A DNA stretch of 64,000 nucleotides from Myxococcota bacterium. Its GTDB lineage: Bacteria; Myxococcota_A; UBA9160; PR03. Position 1 is the first letter of the stretch; the number at the start of each line of letters is the position of its first letter. The notes under the pieces were generated by a model. The model was not told the DNA's origin. It worked only from the letters and a program-made list of their open reading frames with translations, and did not search any database. The DNA lies in the NCBI GenBank assembly GCA_039794265.1, contig JBDIVR010000002.1, positions 64,619-128,618 of the forward strand. Reading direction: 5' to 3'. The position numbers and the translations under genes were made by a program. This document shows, in pieces, positions 49,863-58,568 of the stretch.

Positions 49863-51260
49863 ATGGGTGTTCCGATCTCCCAGATGGCGACGGTCGCCAG
49901 CTACATCGTTCGGCAGAAGCTCGCGCGTCGCGAGCGCTATCCGCTGGTCCTGATGCTCGAGCCGTTGTACCGCTGCAACCTCTCGTGCGCCGGCTGCGGC
50001 AAGATCCAGTATCCGAGCAACGTGCTGAAGTCGCAGCTGTCCGTCGAAGACTGCCTCCGGGCGGTGGACGAGTGCGGCGCACCGATCGTCAGCATTCCGG
50101 GCGGCGAGCCGCTGCTCCATCCGGACATCGACCGTATCGTCGCCGGACTCGTCGCGCGGAAGAAGTACATCTATCTGTGCAGCAATGCGCTGCTGCTGGA
50201 GGAGAAGCTCGATCTCTTCGAGCCGTCGAAGTACCTGAGCTTCAGCATCCACCTCGACGGTCTCGAGGCGGAGCACGACGCCTCTGTGTGTCGGCCGGGT
50301 ACCTACCAGAAGGCCGTGCGTGGGGTGGAGCTCGCGTTGGCTCGCGGGTTCCGGGTGACGACCAACACGACGCTGTTCCACGGCGCCGATCCCGAGCGCA
50401 CCGCGGATTTCTTCGATGCGATGATGCGACTCGGCGTCGAGGGCATGATGGTCTCTCCGGGCTACTCCTACGCAGCCGCTCCCGATCAGGAGCACTTCCT
50501 GGCCCGGGAGGCCACGCGCGAACTGTTCCGCCGGATCTTCCGGCTCGGCGAGCAGCGGCGCGCGCGCTGGCGCTTCAACCAGTCCCCGTTGTTCCTCGAG
50601 TTCCTGACCGGCGCCCGCGAGCACGCTTGCACCGCGTGGGGCATGCCGAGCTACGGCGTCTTCGGCTGGCAGAAGCCGTGCTACCTGCTGCAGGAAGGCT
50701 ACGCCCGGAGCTTCGACGAGCTGATCACCGACACCGCCTGGGATCGCTACGGGCCCGAGAGCGGCAACCCCGCCTGCCGGGACTGCATGGTGCACAGCGG
50801 CTTCGAGGCGACGGCGGTGGACGAGGGCTTCTCGTCGTGGCGCGGCTTCGTGGACATGGCGAGAGCGGCGCTGTTCGGCCCGCGCGTGCCGGCGCCGACC
50901 GGGCGGGCGACGGCGGCGGCGCCGGCGGTGTCGCTGCAGGCGGACGAGGATCCCGCGGTCGGCGCCGAACTCGACGCCACGCCCGAGTCGCTGCGCGCGG
51001 CCTTCCGCTTTCGCGGCGACGTCACGCTGTGTCTCGACGACGGCAGCCGCCTCGAGGGCTACGTCGCCGATGCGCGGCCCGACGAGCTCACCGTCTGGCC
51101 GCGCGGGCAGCTGCGCGCGCAGCGGCTCCCGAGTTCGCGCGTCCGGCGCGTGGTGTTCAGCGGCCGCGACCACACGGAACGGGGGCGCGCGGTCGCCGAG
51201 CGCGGGCGGCAGCGCGTCGAACTTCGCTCCGCGGCCGGCGGGCCGCCGCCCGCCCCGTAG
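49863..51260 (+). CDS. hpnH: Adenosylhopane synthase, radical SAM (HpnH) with C-terminal extension
   Basis: CNLSCAGC radical-SAM cluster motif. DUF3463-like WGMPSYGVFGWQKPCYLL. Extra Ala/Pro linker plus a roughly 60-aa domain at the C-terminus. Confidence 0.88.
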   Translation: MGVPISQMATVASYIVRQKLARRERYPLVLMLEPLYRCNLSCAGCGKIQYPSNVLKSQLSVEDCLRAVDECGAPIVSIPGGEPLLHPDIDRIVAGLVARKKYIYLCSNALLLEEKLDLFEPSKYLSFSIHLDGLEAEHDASVCRPGTYQKAVRGVELALARGFRVTTNTTLFHGADPERTADFFDAMMRLGVEGMMVSPGYSYAAAPDQEHFLAREATRELFRRIFRLGEQRRARWRFNQSPLFLEFLTGAREHACTAWGMPSYGVFGWQKPCYLLQEGYARSFDELITDTAWDRYGPESGNPACRDCMVHSGFEATAVDEGFSSWRGFVDMARAALFGPRVPAPTGRATAAAPAVSLQADEDPAVGAELDATPESLRAAFRFRGDVTLCLDDGSRLEGYVADARPDELTVWPRGQLRAQRLPSSRVRRVVFSGRDHTERGRAVAERGRQRVELRSAAGGPPPAP

Positions 51261-51296
51261 CGCCTCACCGCGGCGTCCGAGGTGAAGCGCGCGGGC

Positions 51297-52349
51297 TCAC
51301 GCGCGCCGGCGTATCCAGCTCGCCAGCGTCTCGACCCACTTGGGATGGGCGTTGAGGCACGGCACGAGAACGAGTTCCTTGCCGCCGAGCTCTTGCCACT
51401 GCTCCCGGCCACGGATGCCGATTTCCTCGATCGTCTCGAGGCAGTCGGCGACGAAGGACGGGCACAGCACCGCGAGGCGTTCGATGCCGCGCGCGCGCAG
51501 GAACGGCAGGATCTCGTCGGTGTAGGGTCGGATCCAGGGCGTGCGTCCGAGCCGGGATTGGAACGAGATCGTCCACTCGTCGTTTCGCAGGCCCAGCTGG
51601 GCCGCCAGGGCGTGGCTGGTGGCGACGCAGTGCGCGCGGTAGCAGAAGCGATTGGCGCTGCTGATCGTCTCGCAGCAGGTGTTGCTCGCGAAGCAATGGG
51701 AACCGGTCGGATCGCTCTTGCGGATCTGACGCTCCGGCAGGCCGTGGTACGAGAACAGCACGTGGTCCGGGCGATGCTGCCCGGGCACCTCACGGGCGAC
51801 CGCTGCGACGGCCGCGATGAACGCCGGATCTGCGTAGTAGGAGTCCAGCACCTCGAGCGGCGGAACGTTCCAGCGCGCACCGGCCGCTCGGTAGATGGCC
51901 TCGAGAGCCGAGCCGGTGGCAGCGGCGGAGTACTGGGGGAACAGGGGAACCACGAGGATCCGTTCGACGTCAGCGTCGGCCAGACGCTGGATGGCGGGTT
52001 CGATCGCCGGCTCGCCGTAGCGCATCGCGAGTTCGACGACGAAGCCCTCCCCGAGGCGTTTGGCAAGCCGATCCCGCAATGCGTGGCCGTGGACCAGGAG
52101 GGGGGCTCCCTCGGCGGTCCATACTTTCGCGTAGGCGCGCGCCGAGGCGTGCGGACGGATCGGCAGGATTGCGAAGTGGAGCAGCAGCCAGCGCGGGAGC
52201 GGCGGGATGTCGATGACACGCGGATCGCCGAGGAACTCGCGCAGGTAGCGCCGGACCGCACGCGGCGTCGGGGCTTCCGGAGAGCCCAGGTTCACGAGCA
52301 GGACGCCCAGCGGGCGCCGGGGCAGGGGGACCGAGGGCTCGCGCGTCAC
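51297..52349 (-). CDS. hemH: Ferrochelatase
   Basis: LLVNLGSPEAPT, PLFPQYS and FSYHGLP motifs. GTG 52349 avoids overlap with pcs; the track start is 52391. Confidence 0.9.
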   Translation of the reverse strand: MTREPSVPLPRRPLGVLLVNLGSPEAPTPRAVRRYLREFLGDPRVIDIPPLPRWLLLHFAILPIRPHASARAYAKVWTAEGAPLLVHGHALRDRLAKRLGEGFVVELAMRYGEPAIEPAIQRLADADVERILVVPLFPQYSAAATGSALEAIYRAAGARWNVPPLEVLDSYYADPAFIAAVAAVAREVPGQHRPDHVLFSYHGLPERQIRKSDPTGSHCFASNTCCETISSANRFCYRAHCVATSHALAAQLGLRNDEWTISFQSRLGRTPWIRPYTDEILPFLRARGIERLAVLCPSFVADCLETIEEIGIRGREQWQELGGKELVLVPCLNAHPKWVETLASWIRRRA

Positions 52350-52353
52350 GGCG

Positions 52354-53205
52354 TCAGTCGATCGGCTGCCGCGAAGAAGTTGACGTTCCAACCCGGCCCC
52401 TTTCTTGACGGGGTCGCGAGGAGGGGCGGCGGGCGAGGCCGCCGTAGCGGAAGGAGAGCAGCAGGTACCAGGCGGGGTAGGCGAGCGTGGCTTCGGCGAG
52501 CCGGAGGCGTTCGGCGATCTGCGGGGCGACGACGGCGACCGTGATCAGCGCCACCCAGACGCCGCCGGCGACGTTCGTCGTGCGACGCAGGACCGGCATC
52601 TTGCTCGGGTAGACGTACTTCAGCGGCACGAAGACCGCGACCGCGAACAGCGTGACCACCAGCGTCGCGGTCAGCGGCGTCACGTCGAGCAGCCAGACGT
52701 AGAGCGCGACGACGTTCCAATAGGACGGGAAGCCGAGGAAGAAGTCATCCTCCGTCTTCGCCTCCTGCTGCGAAAAGCCATAGGCGCTCGCTAGGATCGG
52801 CAGCGCGGCGATCCACGGGCTGATGAAGCCCGCAGCGACGAGGAACACCACGGGGACGATCACGTAGTTGAGGTAGTCGACGATGTCGTCGAGCCGGCGG
52901 CCGTCGATGCCGGGCAGCACCTCGCCCACCCGCACTGCGCGCGCCAGGGTCCCGTCGACCGAGTCGATGGCGAGCGCGACGATCATCAGGACGGCGGCCT
53001 GCGGGAGATTCCCGGCGACGACCGCGAGCAGCGCGATGGCGCCGACGACGGCTCCGCTCGCGGTGAAGGCATGCACTCCCCAGGCGAGCCCGACGCGCCG
53101 GGGATCCTCGCCGCGCGGATGCGCGCCACTGCGCGGAGAGCGCCGGAAGCGCCCGCGCTTCCGTTCGCTCGGTCGTCGCGGATCGGGCTCGGGGGCCGAC
53201 GCCAT
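52354..53205 (-). CDS. pcs: Phosphatidylcholine synthase (CDP-alcohol phosphatidyltransferase family)
   Basis: HAFTASGAV...DSVDGTLARAVRVGEVLPGIDGRRLDDIVDYLNYV matches the Pcs-type modified CDP-alcohol motif. Multi-TM. Confidence 0.78.
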   Translation of the reverse strand: MASAPEPDPRRPSERKRGRFRRSPRSGAHPRGEDPRRVGLAWGVHAFTASGAVVGAIALLAVVAGNLPQAAVLMIVALAIDSVDGTLARAVRVGEVLPGIDGRRLDDIVDYLNYVIVPVVFLVAAGFISPWIAALPILASAYGFSQQEAKTEDDFFLGFPSYWNVVALYVWLLDVTPLTATLVVTLFAVAVFVPLKYVYPSKMPVLRRTTNVAGGVWVALITVAVVAPQIAERLRLAEATLAYPAWYLLLSFRYGGLARRPSSRPRQERGRVGTSTSSRQPID

Positions 53206-53258
53206 GGGGACGCAGCGTATCAGAGCCGCTATGATCGCGCCGTTCCGGGGGTTTCCGA

Positions 53259-53822
53259 GTGACCAACCGCTTTCGAGACAGTCGCCCGCTCGAATACATG
53301 CGCTCCGGCGACGAGACGTTCCTGACCACGAAGGTCGATGCCGTCTTCAACTGGGGCCGCAAGTACTCGATGTTCCTGTACCCGTTCGTCACGGCGTGCT
53401 GCGGCATGGAGTTCATGTCGGTCGCCGGGCCGCGCTACGACCTCGACCGCTTCGGCTGCGCGCTGCCGCGCTTCTCGCCGCGCCAGGCGGACCTGCTGAT
53501 GGTCGTCGGAACGATCAGCCACCGGCAGGCGCCCGTGCTCAAGAAGGTCTACGACCAGATGGCGGAGCCGAAGTGGGTGATCGCGTTCGGTGCGTGCACC
53601 TGCTCGGGCGGCCCGTACAACAATTATGCGACGGTGCAGGGCATCGACACGATCATGCCGGTGGACGTCTACATCCCCGGCTGTCCGCCCCGGCCCGAAG
53701 CCGTCCTCGACGGGTTGATGAAGCTCCAGGAGCGCGTCCAGGTCGAGAAGATTCCGGCGCGCGGGCGCCACCGGGAGATCGACGACCTGGACCTGGCGGT
53801 CGTCGAGAAGCCGGTCGCGTAG
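53259..53822 (+). CDS. nuoB: NADH-quinone oxidoreductase subunit B
   Basis: CCGMEF...SPRQAD...GACTCSGGPY...GCPPRP (N2 cluster ligands). GTG start. No nuoA upstream. Confidence 0.92.
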   Translation: MTNRFRDSRPLEYMRSGDETFLTTKVDAVFNWGRKYSMFLYPFVTACCGMEFMSVAGPRYDLDRFGCALPRFSPRQADLLMVVGTISHRQAPVLKKVYDQMAEPKWVIAFGACTCSGGPYNNYATVQGIDTIMPVDVYIPGCPPRPEAVLDGLMKLQERVQVEKIPARGRHREIDDLDLAVVEKPVA

Positions 53823-53918
53823 TCCGCGGACCCGGATCAGTCCGCGTCGGATCCCAGCGAACCGTAGTCGGTCCTCACTCGATCCGGGCTCGATCCCGAA
53901 GCTGCGAAGGAGGTCGCG

Positions 53919-55322
53919 TTGACCGCAGTTGGACGCTTCGACCTGGTCGTCATCGGCGCCGGCCCGGGTGGCTACGTCGGAGCGATTCGCGCCGCGCAGC
54001 TCGGTCGGAAGGTCGCGGTCGTCGAGGAGGACCTCCCGGGCGGCGTGTGCCTCAACTGGGGCTGCATTCCGTCGAAGGCGCTGCTGACCGGCGCCGAGCT
54101 GATCGAGACGCTGCGGACGCACGGGTCGACGTTCGGCGTGAGCGCGGGCGAGCTGCAGCTCGACTACGGCAAGGCGATCGATCACAGCCGGAAGGTCGCC
54201 GATCAGCTGTGCAAGGGCGTCCAGTCGCTGCTGAAGAAGAACGCGATCACGCTCGTGCGCGGTCGCGGTCGCCTCGCGGGACCGAATTCGGTCGAGGTCA
54301 CCGGGCCCGATGCCGGCGCGCTCGAAGCGCCGCACGTGATCCTCGCGACGGGATCCACCGAGTGGACGCCGCCGGGAATCGAGGTGGACGGCGAGCGCGT
54401 GTTGACGTCGCGCCAGGCGCTCGAGTCGAAGACGGTCCCGGAGAAGTTGGTGGTGATCGGCGCGGGCGCGGTGGGCGTCGAGTTTGCGTACGTCTACGCG
54501 AACTACGGCTCGCAGGTCACGATCCTCGAGATGGCCGACCAGATGCTGCCCGGCGCGGACCCCGACGTCGCGCAGGCGCTCGAGCGCGAGTTCCGGCGCC
54601 AGAAGATCGCCGTCCGCACCGGTACGCGCTTCGAGGAGCTGAAGGTCGAGGGGGGCGGCGTCCGCGTCCGCGTGCGCGCTGGCGACAAGGAAGACGAGCT
54701 GCGCGCGGATCAGGTGCTCGTCGCGATCGGGCGTCGTCCGCTGTCCGCAGACCTCGGTCTCGAGAAGGCCGGCGTCGAGACGAACGACAAGGGCTTCGTC
54801 GCGGTGGACGCCCGGCTCGTGACGTCCGTGCCGAGCGTGCGGGCGATCGGCGATCTCGCGGGTGCGCCGCTGCTCGCACACAAGGCCAGCGAAGAAGGCG
54901 TCGCCGCAGCCGAGTGGATCGCCGGCCAGAACCGGCCCGAGCTCGACCACCGGAAGATCCCGGGCTGCATCTATGCGCAGCCGCAGGTCGCGTGGATCGG
55001 ACTCACCGAGGGCCAGGCGCGCGAGGAATACGGGGACGACATCCGGGTCGGGCGCTTCCCGTTCACCGCCTCCGGCAAGGCCGTCGCCTCGGCCCACACG
55101 GCGGGCTTCGCGAAGATCGTCGCCGAACCGCGTTTCGGCGAGATCGTCGGTGCGCATCTGGTCGGCTTCGGCGCGACCGAGCTGATCGCGGAGATCGCGC
55201 TTGCGATGACGCTCGAGGCGACGACGAGCGAGATCGCCGCGACGTCGCACGCGCACCCGACGCTCTCGGAGGCCATCCTCGAGGCGGCGCTCGGAGCCGA
55301 GGGGCGCTCGCTCAACTTCTGA
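53919..55322 (+). CDS. lpdA: Dihydrolipoyl dehydrogenase (E3)
   Basis: GAGPGGY...GGVCLNWGCIPSK redox-active disulfide. C-terminal HAHPTLSE. TTG start follows GAAGGAGG. Confidence 0.93.
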   Translation: MTAVGRFDLVVIGAGPGGYVGAIRAAQLGRKVAVVEEDLPGGVCLNWGCIPSKALLTGAELIETLRTHGSTFGVSAGELQLDYGKAIDHSRKVADQLCKGVQSLLKKNAITLVRGRGRLAGPNSVEVTGPDAGALEAPHVILATGSTEWTPPGIEVDGERVLTSRQALESKTVPEKLVVIGAGAVGVEFAYVYANYGSQVTILEMADQMLPGADPDVAQALEREFRRQKIAVRTGTRFEELKVEGGGVRVRVRAGDKEDELRADQVLVAIGRRPLSADLGLEKAGVETNDKGFVAVDARLVTSVPSVRAIGDLAGAPLLAHKASEEGVAAAEWIAGQNRPELDHRKIPGCIYAQPQVAWIGLTEGQAREEYGDDIRVGRFPFTASGKAVASAHTAGFAKIVAEPRFGEIVGAHLVGFGATELIAEIALAMTLEATTSEIAATSHAHPTLSEAILEAALGAEGRSLNF

Positions 55323-55347
55323 TGCACGCGATCGCGGAGGGACAGGC

Positions 55348-56667
55348 ATGTCGGTGACGGTGGAGTTCCCGCAGCTCGGCGAGAGCGTGCTCGAGGGCAC
55401 GGTCGCGCGCTGGCTCGTCCAGGAAGGCGAGCGCGTGAAACGCGACCAGCCGCTCGTGGAGGTGACCACCGACAAGGTGGACGCCGAGATCCCGTCCCCG
55501 GAAGCGGGGGTGGTCGAGAAGATCCTGGTCGCGGAGGGCGAGACGGTGACGGTCGGAACCGCGCTGGCCCGGATTGCCGAAGGCGCCGCCGCCGACGAAG
55601 CGGCCGAGCGACCGGCAAAGCCGAAGGCGGCGCCCCGCGACGCGCAACCCGAGAAGCCCGCCGCGAAGGCGTCGCGCCCGAAAGAAGGGGCGAAAACGGA
55701 GGCCTCCGTCGCGCAGGCGAAGGAGGTCCGTGCGACGCCGGTGGCGCGCCGGATGGCGGCCGAGGAGGGCGTCGATCTCGGCGGGGTCGCGGCGACAGGA
55801 CCGGGAGGACGGGTGGCGAAAGCGGATGTCGAGCGCGCGCGCTCGGCGCCGGCCGCGCGCTCCGCGGCCGAGAAGCCGGCGAGCGGCGCCGGCGAGACGC
55901 GGGCCGTCGCGGCATCGCTGCCGGCGGGCGGCAAGCGCCCGCCGTACCTGAACTATCAGATCCAACCCGGCGACGAGCTGATTCCGATGACGCCGCTGCG
56001 GCGCATCGTCGCCGAGCACATGGTGCTGTCCAAGCAGATCTCGCCGCACGTCGGGACGGTCGCCGAGGTGGACCTGCACGGGATCGTGAAGCTGCGCGAT
56101 GCGAACAAGCGGAGCTTCCAGAAACAGCACGGCTTCAACCTGACGTATCTCCCATTCGTCGTCTCCGCCACGGTCCGGGCGCTTCGCGAGTTTCCGCGGC
56201 TCAACGCCTCGGTGCTCGAGGATGCGATCGTCGAGAAGAAGGCGATCCATGTCGGTGTCGCCGTCGAGACCGAGAAGGGTCTCGTCGTGCCGGTGATCCG
56301 CGACGCCGATCGGCTGTCGCTGGTGGGCATCGCCGAGGCGATCGAGGACCTCTCCGCGCGCGCGCGCTCGAAGCAGCTCTCGCCCGACGATCTGCGCGGC
56401 GGGACCTTCACGGTGTCGAATCCGGGTCGCTACGGGAACCTCTACGGGTTCGCGATCATCAACCAGCCTCAGGTCGGGATCCTGCGCATGGGGGAGATCG
56501 TCAAGCGACCCGTGGTGCGGGAGATCGACGGCGAGGACGCGATCGTCGTGCGTCCGGTCATGCACCTGGCGCTGTCGTACGACCATCGCGCCGTCGATGG
56601 CGCGCCTGCGAATGCCTTCCTCCACGCCGTGCGAGCGCAGCTGGAGGAGGCGGCCTTCGAGCTGTGA
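55348..56667 (+). CDS. 2-oxoacid dehydrogenase E2 (dihydrolipoamide acyltransferase)
   Basis: Lipoyl domain (EVTTDKVDAEIPSP), E3-binding domain (ATPVARRMAAEEGVDL) and catalytic DHRAVDG. Confidence 0.9.
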   Translation: MSVTVEFPQLGESVLEGTVARWLVQEGERVKRDQPLVEVTTDKVDAEIPSPEAGVVEKILVAEGETVTVGTALARIAEGAAADEAAERPAKPKAAPRDAQPEKPAAKASRPKEGAKTEASVAQAKEVRATPVARRMAAEEGVDLGGVAATGPGGRVAKADVERARSAPAARSAAEKPASGAGETRAVAASLPAGGKRPPYLNYQIQPGDELIPMTPLRRIVAEHMVLSKQISPHVGTVAEVDLHGIVKLRDANKRSFQKQHGFNLTYLPFVVSATVRALREFPRLNASVLEDAIVEKKAIHVGVAVETEKGLVVPVIRDADRLSLVGIAEAIEDLSARARSKQLSPDDLRGGTFTVSNPGRYGNLYGFAIINQPQVGILRMGEIVKRPVVREIDGEDAIVVRPVMHLALSYDHRAVDGAPANAFLHAVRAQLEEAAFEL

Positions 56668-56668
56668 C

Positions 56669-57415
56669 GTGAGCCCTGGAGCGCTCGCGGCCGGATCCGT
56701 CGTCGCCGCGCGGACGCGTGGCACCGCGCTCGCCGGGGATCTGGCGGTCGAGTGGCTGGGCGTCGTGCCGTACGTCGAGGCGCTGGCGTTGCAGGAGCGC
56801 CGGATCGAGGCGCGGCGGCGCGGCGAGGTTCCGGACGCCTTGCTCTTGCTCGAGCATCCGCCGGTCATCACGCTCGGCCGGCGCGCCCGCGAGCAGAACG
56901 TCCTCGCCGCGCCGGAGCAACTGGCCGCCCGCGGGGTCGAGGTCCATCGGGTCAGCCGCGGCGGCGACGTCACGTATCACGCGCCCGGCCAGCTGGTCGG
57001 CTACCTGATCGCGGATCTCGCGGCGCGCGGGGAGGCGGATGCCGGCGCCTGGCTGCGTCGCATCGAGGCACTGCTGGTCGCGGCGCTCGCCGATCTCGGT
57101 GTCGAGGGCTACACGCGGCCGGGCCAGACGGGTGTCTTCGTCGCGCCGGAGGCGCCGGGTCCGGCCCGCAAGATCGCCTCGGTGGGCGTCGGCCTGCGCG
57201 GCTGGATCAGCTGGCACGGCTTCGCGCTCAACGTGACGCTGGACCCCGCGGAGTTCGGGCTGATCGTGCCGTGCGGGCTGCGCGACGTGGTCATGACATC
57301 CGTGGCTCGTGAGCTCGGCGCTGGCACACCGCCAGACCTGGACACGCGCGCTCGTCTGGCTGTGACAGCGCGCTGCGCCGATGGTTTCCGCCGCTCGGCG
57401 CCCGCAGTCTCGTAA
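56669..57415 (+). CDS. lipB: Lipoyl(octanoyl) transferase
   Basis: LLEHPPVITLGRR, RGGDVTYHAPGQLVGY and KIASVGV motifs. GTG 56669 lies 1 nt after the E2 stop. Confidence 0.88.
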   Translation: MSPGALAAGSVVAARTRGTALAGDLAVEWLGVVPYVEALALQERRIEARRRGEVPDALLLLEHPPVITLGRRAREQNVLAAPEQLAARGVEVHRVSRGGDVTYHAPGQLVGYLIADLAARGEADAGAWLRRIEALLVAALADLGVEGYTRPGQTGVFVAPEAPGPARKIASVGVGLRGWISWHGFALNVTLDPAEFGLIVPCGLRDVVMTSVARELGAGTPPDLDTRARLAVTARCADGFRRSAPAVS

Positions 57416-57489
57416 CGGGAGGCGGCCGGATGCGGTCGATCTCATTCCGCCTCGCTGGGCTCCCGCTCGCGCGCTAGCCTGCGGCCGCA

Positions 57490-58062
57490 ATGACCGCCCG
57501 CGTCGTCCACGTCCATCGCCGCGAGAACATGGGCTGGTTCCAGCGGACCTATCTGCCCGCGATCGGGAAGGGGCTGGCCACCACCAGCCGGCGCTTCTTC
57601 CGCAACCTGTGGGGATTCCTGTCCGGGAAGTCGACGGCCTTCGTCGTGCAGTACCCGGAAGAACGCGTCGACTACCCGGACGCGTTCCGCGGCATGCCGG
57701 TGCTGGTCGCGCTCGAGGACGGGCTCCCGCGCTGTGTCGCGTGCGGGCTGTGTGAGTTCGCGTGTCCGACGGATTGCATCAGCATCATTCCCGGGGAGCT
57801 CCCGGAGCGCGGCATCGAGCGCTGGCCGGAGGCGTTCGACATCGACATGTCGCGCTGCATGTTCTGCGGGTTGTGCGAAGAGGCGTGTCCGGAGGAGGCG
57901 ATCGTGATGAGCCGGGAGGTCGAGATCGCCGCCTACGAGCGCGGCCCGATGCTGTACCACAAGGAAGAGTTGCTGGTCCCCGCGAACCTGCTGAAGCGCC
58001 GCCTCGACTTCATCCGCGGCGAGTACGATCGCCAGCACGCGCCGGCGGAGCGCCCCCGCTGA
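57490..58062 (+). CDS. nuoI: NADH-quinone oxidoreductase subunit I
   Basis: Two 4Fe-4S motifs, CVACGLCEFACP and CMFCGLCEEACP. ATG 57529 is an alternative start. Confidence 0.9.
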   Translation: MTARVVHVHRRENMGWFQRTYLPAIGKGLATTSRRFFRNLWGFLSGKSTAFVVQYPEERVDYPDAFRGMPVLVALEDGLPRCVACGLCEFACPTDCISIIPGELPERGIERWPEAFDIDMSRCMFCGLCEEACPEEAIVMSREVEIAAYERGPMLYHKEELLVPANLLKRRLDFIRGEYDRQHAPAERPR

Positions 58063-58562
58063 TGGAAGCGTTCGACTCGGCGGTGCTGCGCCGTCTGCTC
58101 GAGACCCGGGGCGACGCGCTGCTCGCGACCCACGCCACGCACGGCGATGCGACAGCCCTCGTCGATGCGCGCCGCATCGTCGACGTCCTGCGCTTCCTCC
58201 GCGACGATCCTGCGTGCGCGTTCGACATGCTCGCCGACCTGTGCGCGGTGGACTATCTGCGGCATCCCGACCACGAGGGCCCGCGCTTCGAGGTCGTGTA
58301 CCACCTGCTCTCGACGAGCCACCTGCACCGCGTCCGCATCAAGGCCGGCGTGCCCGAGCTGCCGTGCCAGATCGACTCGTGCGTGGAAGTCTGGCCCGGC
58401 GCCAACTGGATGGAACGCGAGGTCTTCGACCTGTACGGGATCCGCTTCCGCGATCATCCCGACTTGCGTCGGATCCTGCTCTACGAAGAGTTCGAGGGGC
58501 ACCCGCTGCGCAAGGACTATCCGAAGGAGCGGCGCCAGCCGCTCGTCGGCCCGAGGAACTGA
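58062..58562 (+). CDS. nuoC: NADH-quinone oxidoreductase subunit C
   Basis: ANWMEREVFDLYGIRFRDHPDLRRIL signature. Its ATG overlaps the nuoI TGA by 1 nt. Confidence 0.88.
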   Translation: MEAFDSAVLRRLLETRGDALLATHATHGDATALVDARRIVDVLRFLRDDPACAFDMLADLCAVDYLRHPDHEGPRFEVVYHLLSTSHLHRVRIKAGVPELPCQIDSCVEVWPGANWMEREVFDLYGIRFRDHPDLRRILLYEEFEGHPLRKDYPKERRQPLVGPRN

Positions 58563-58568
58563 GCGAGC

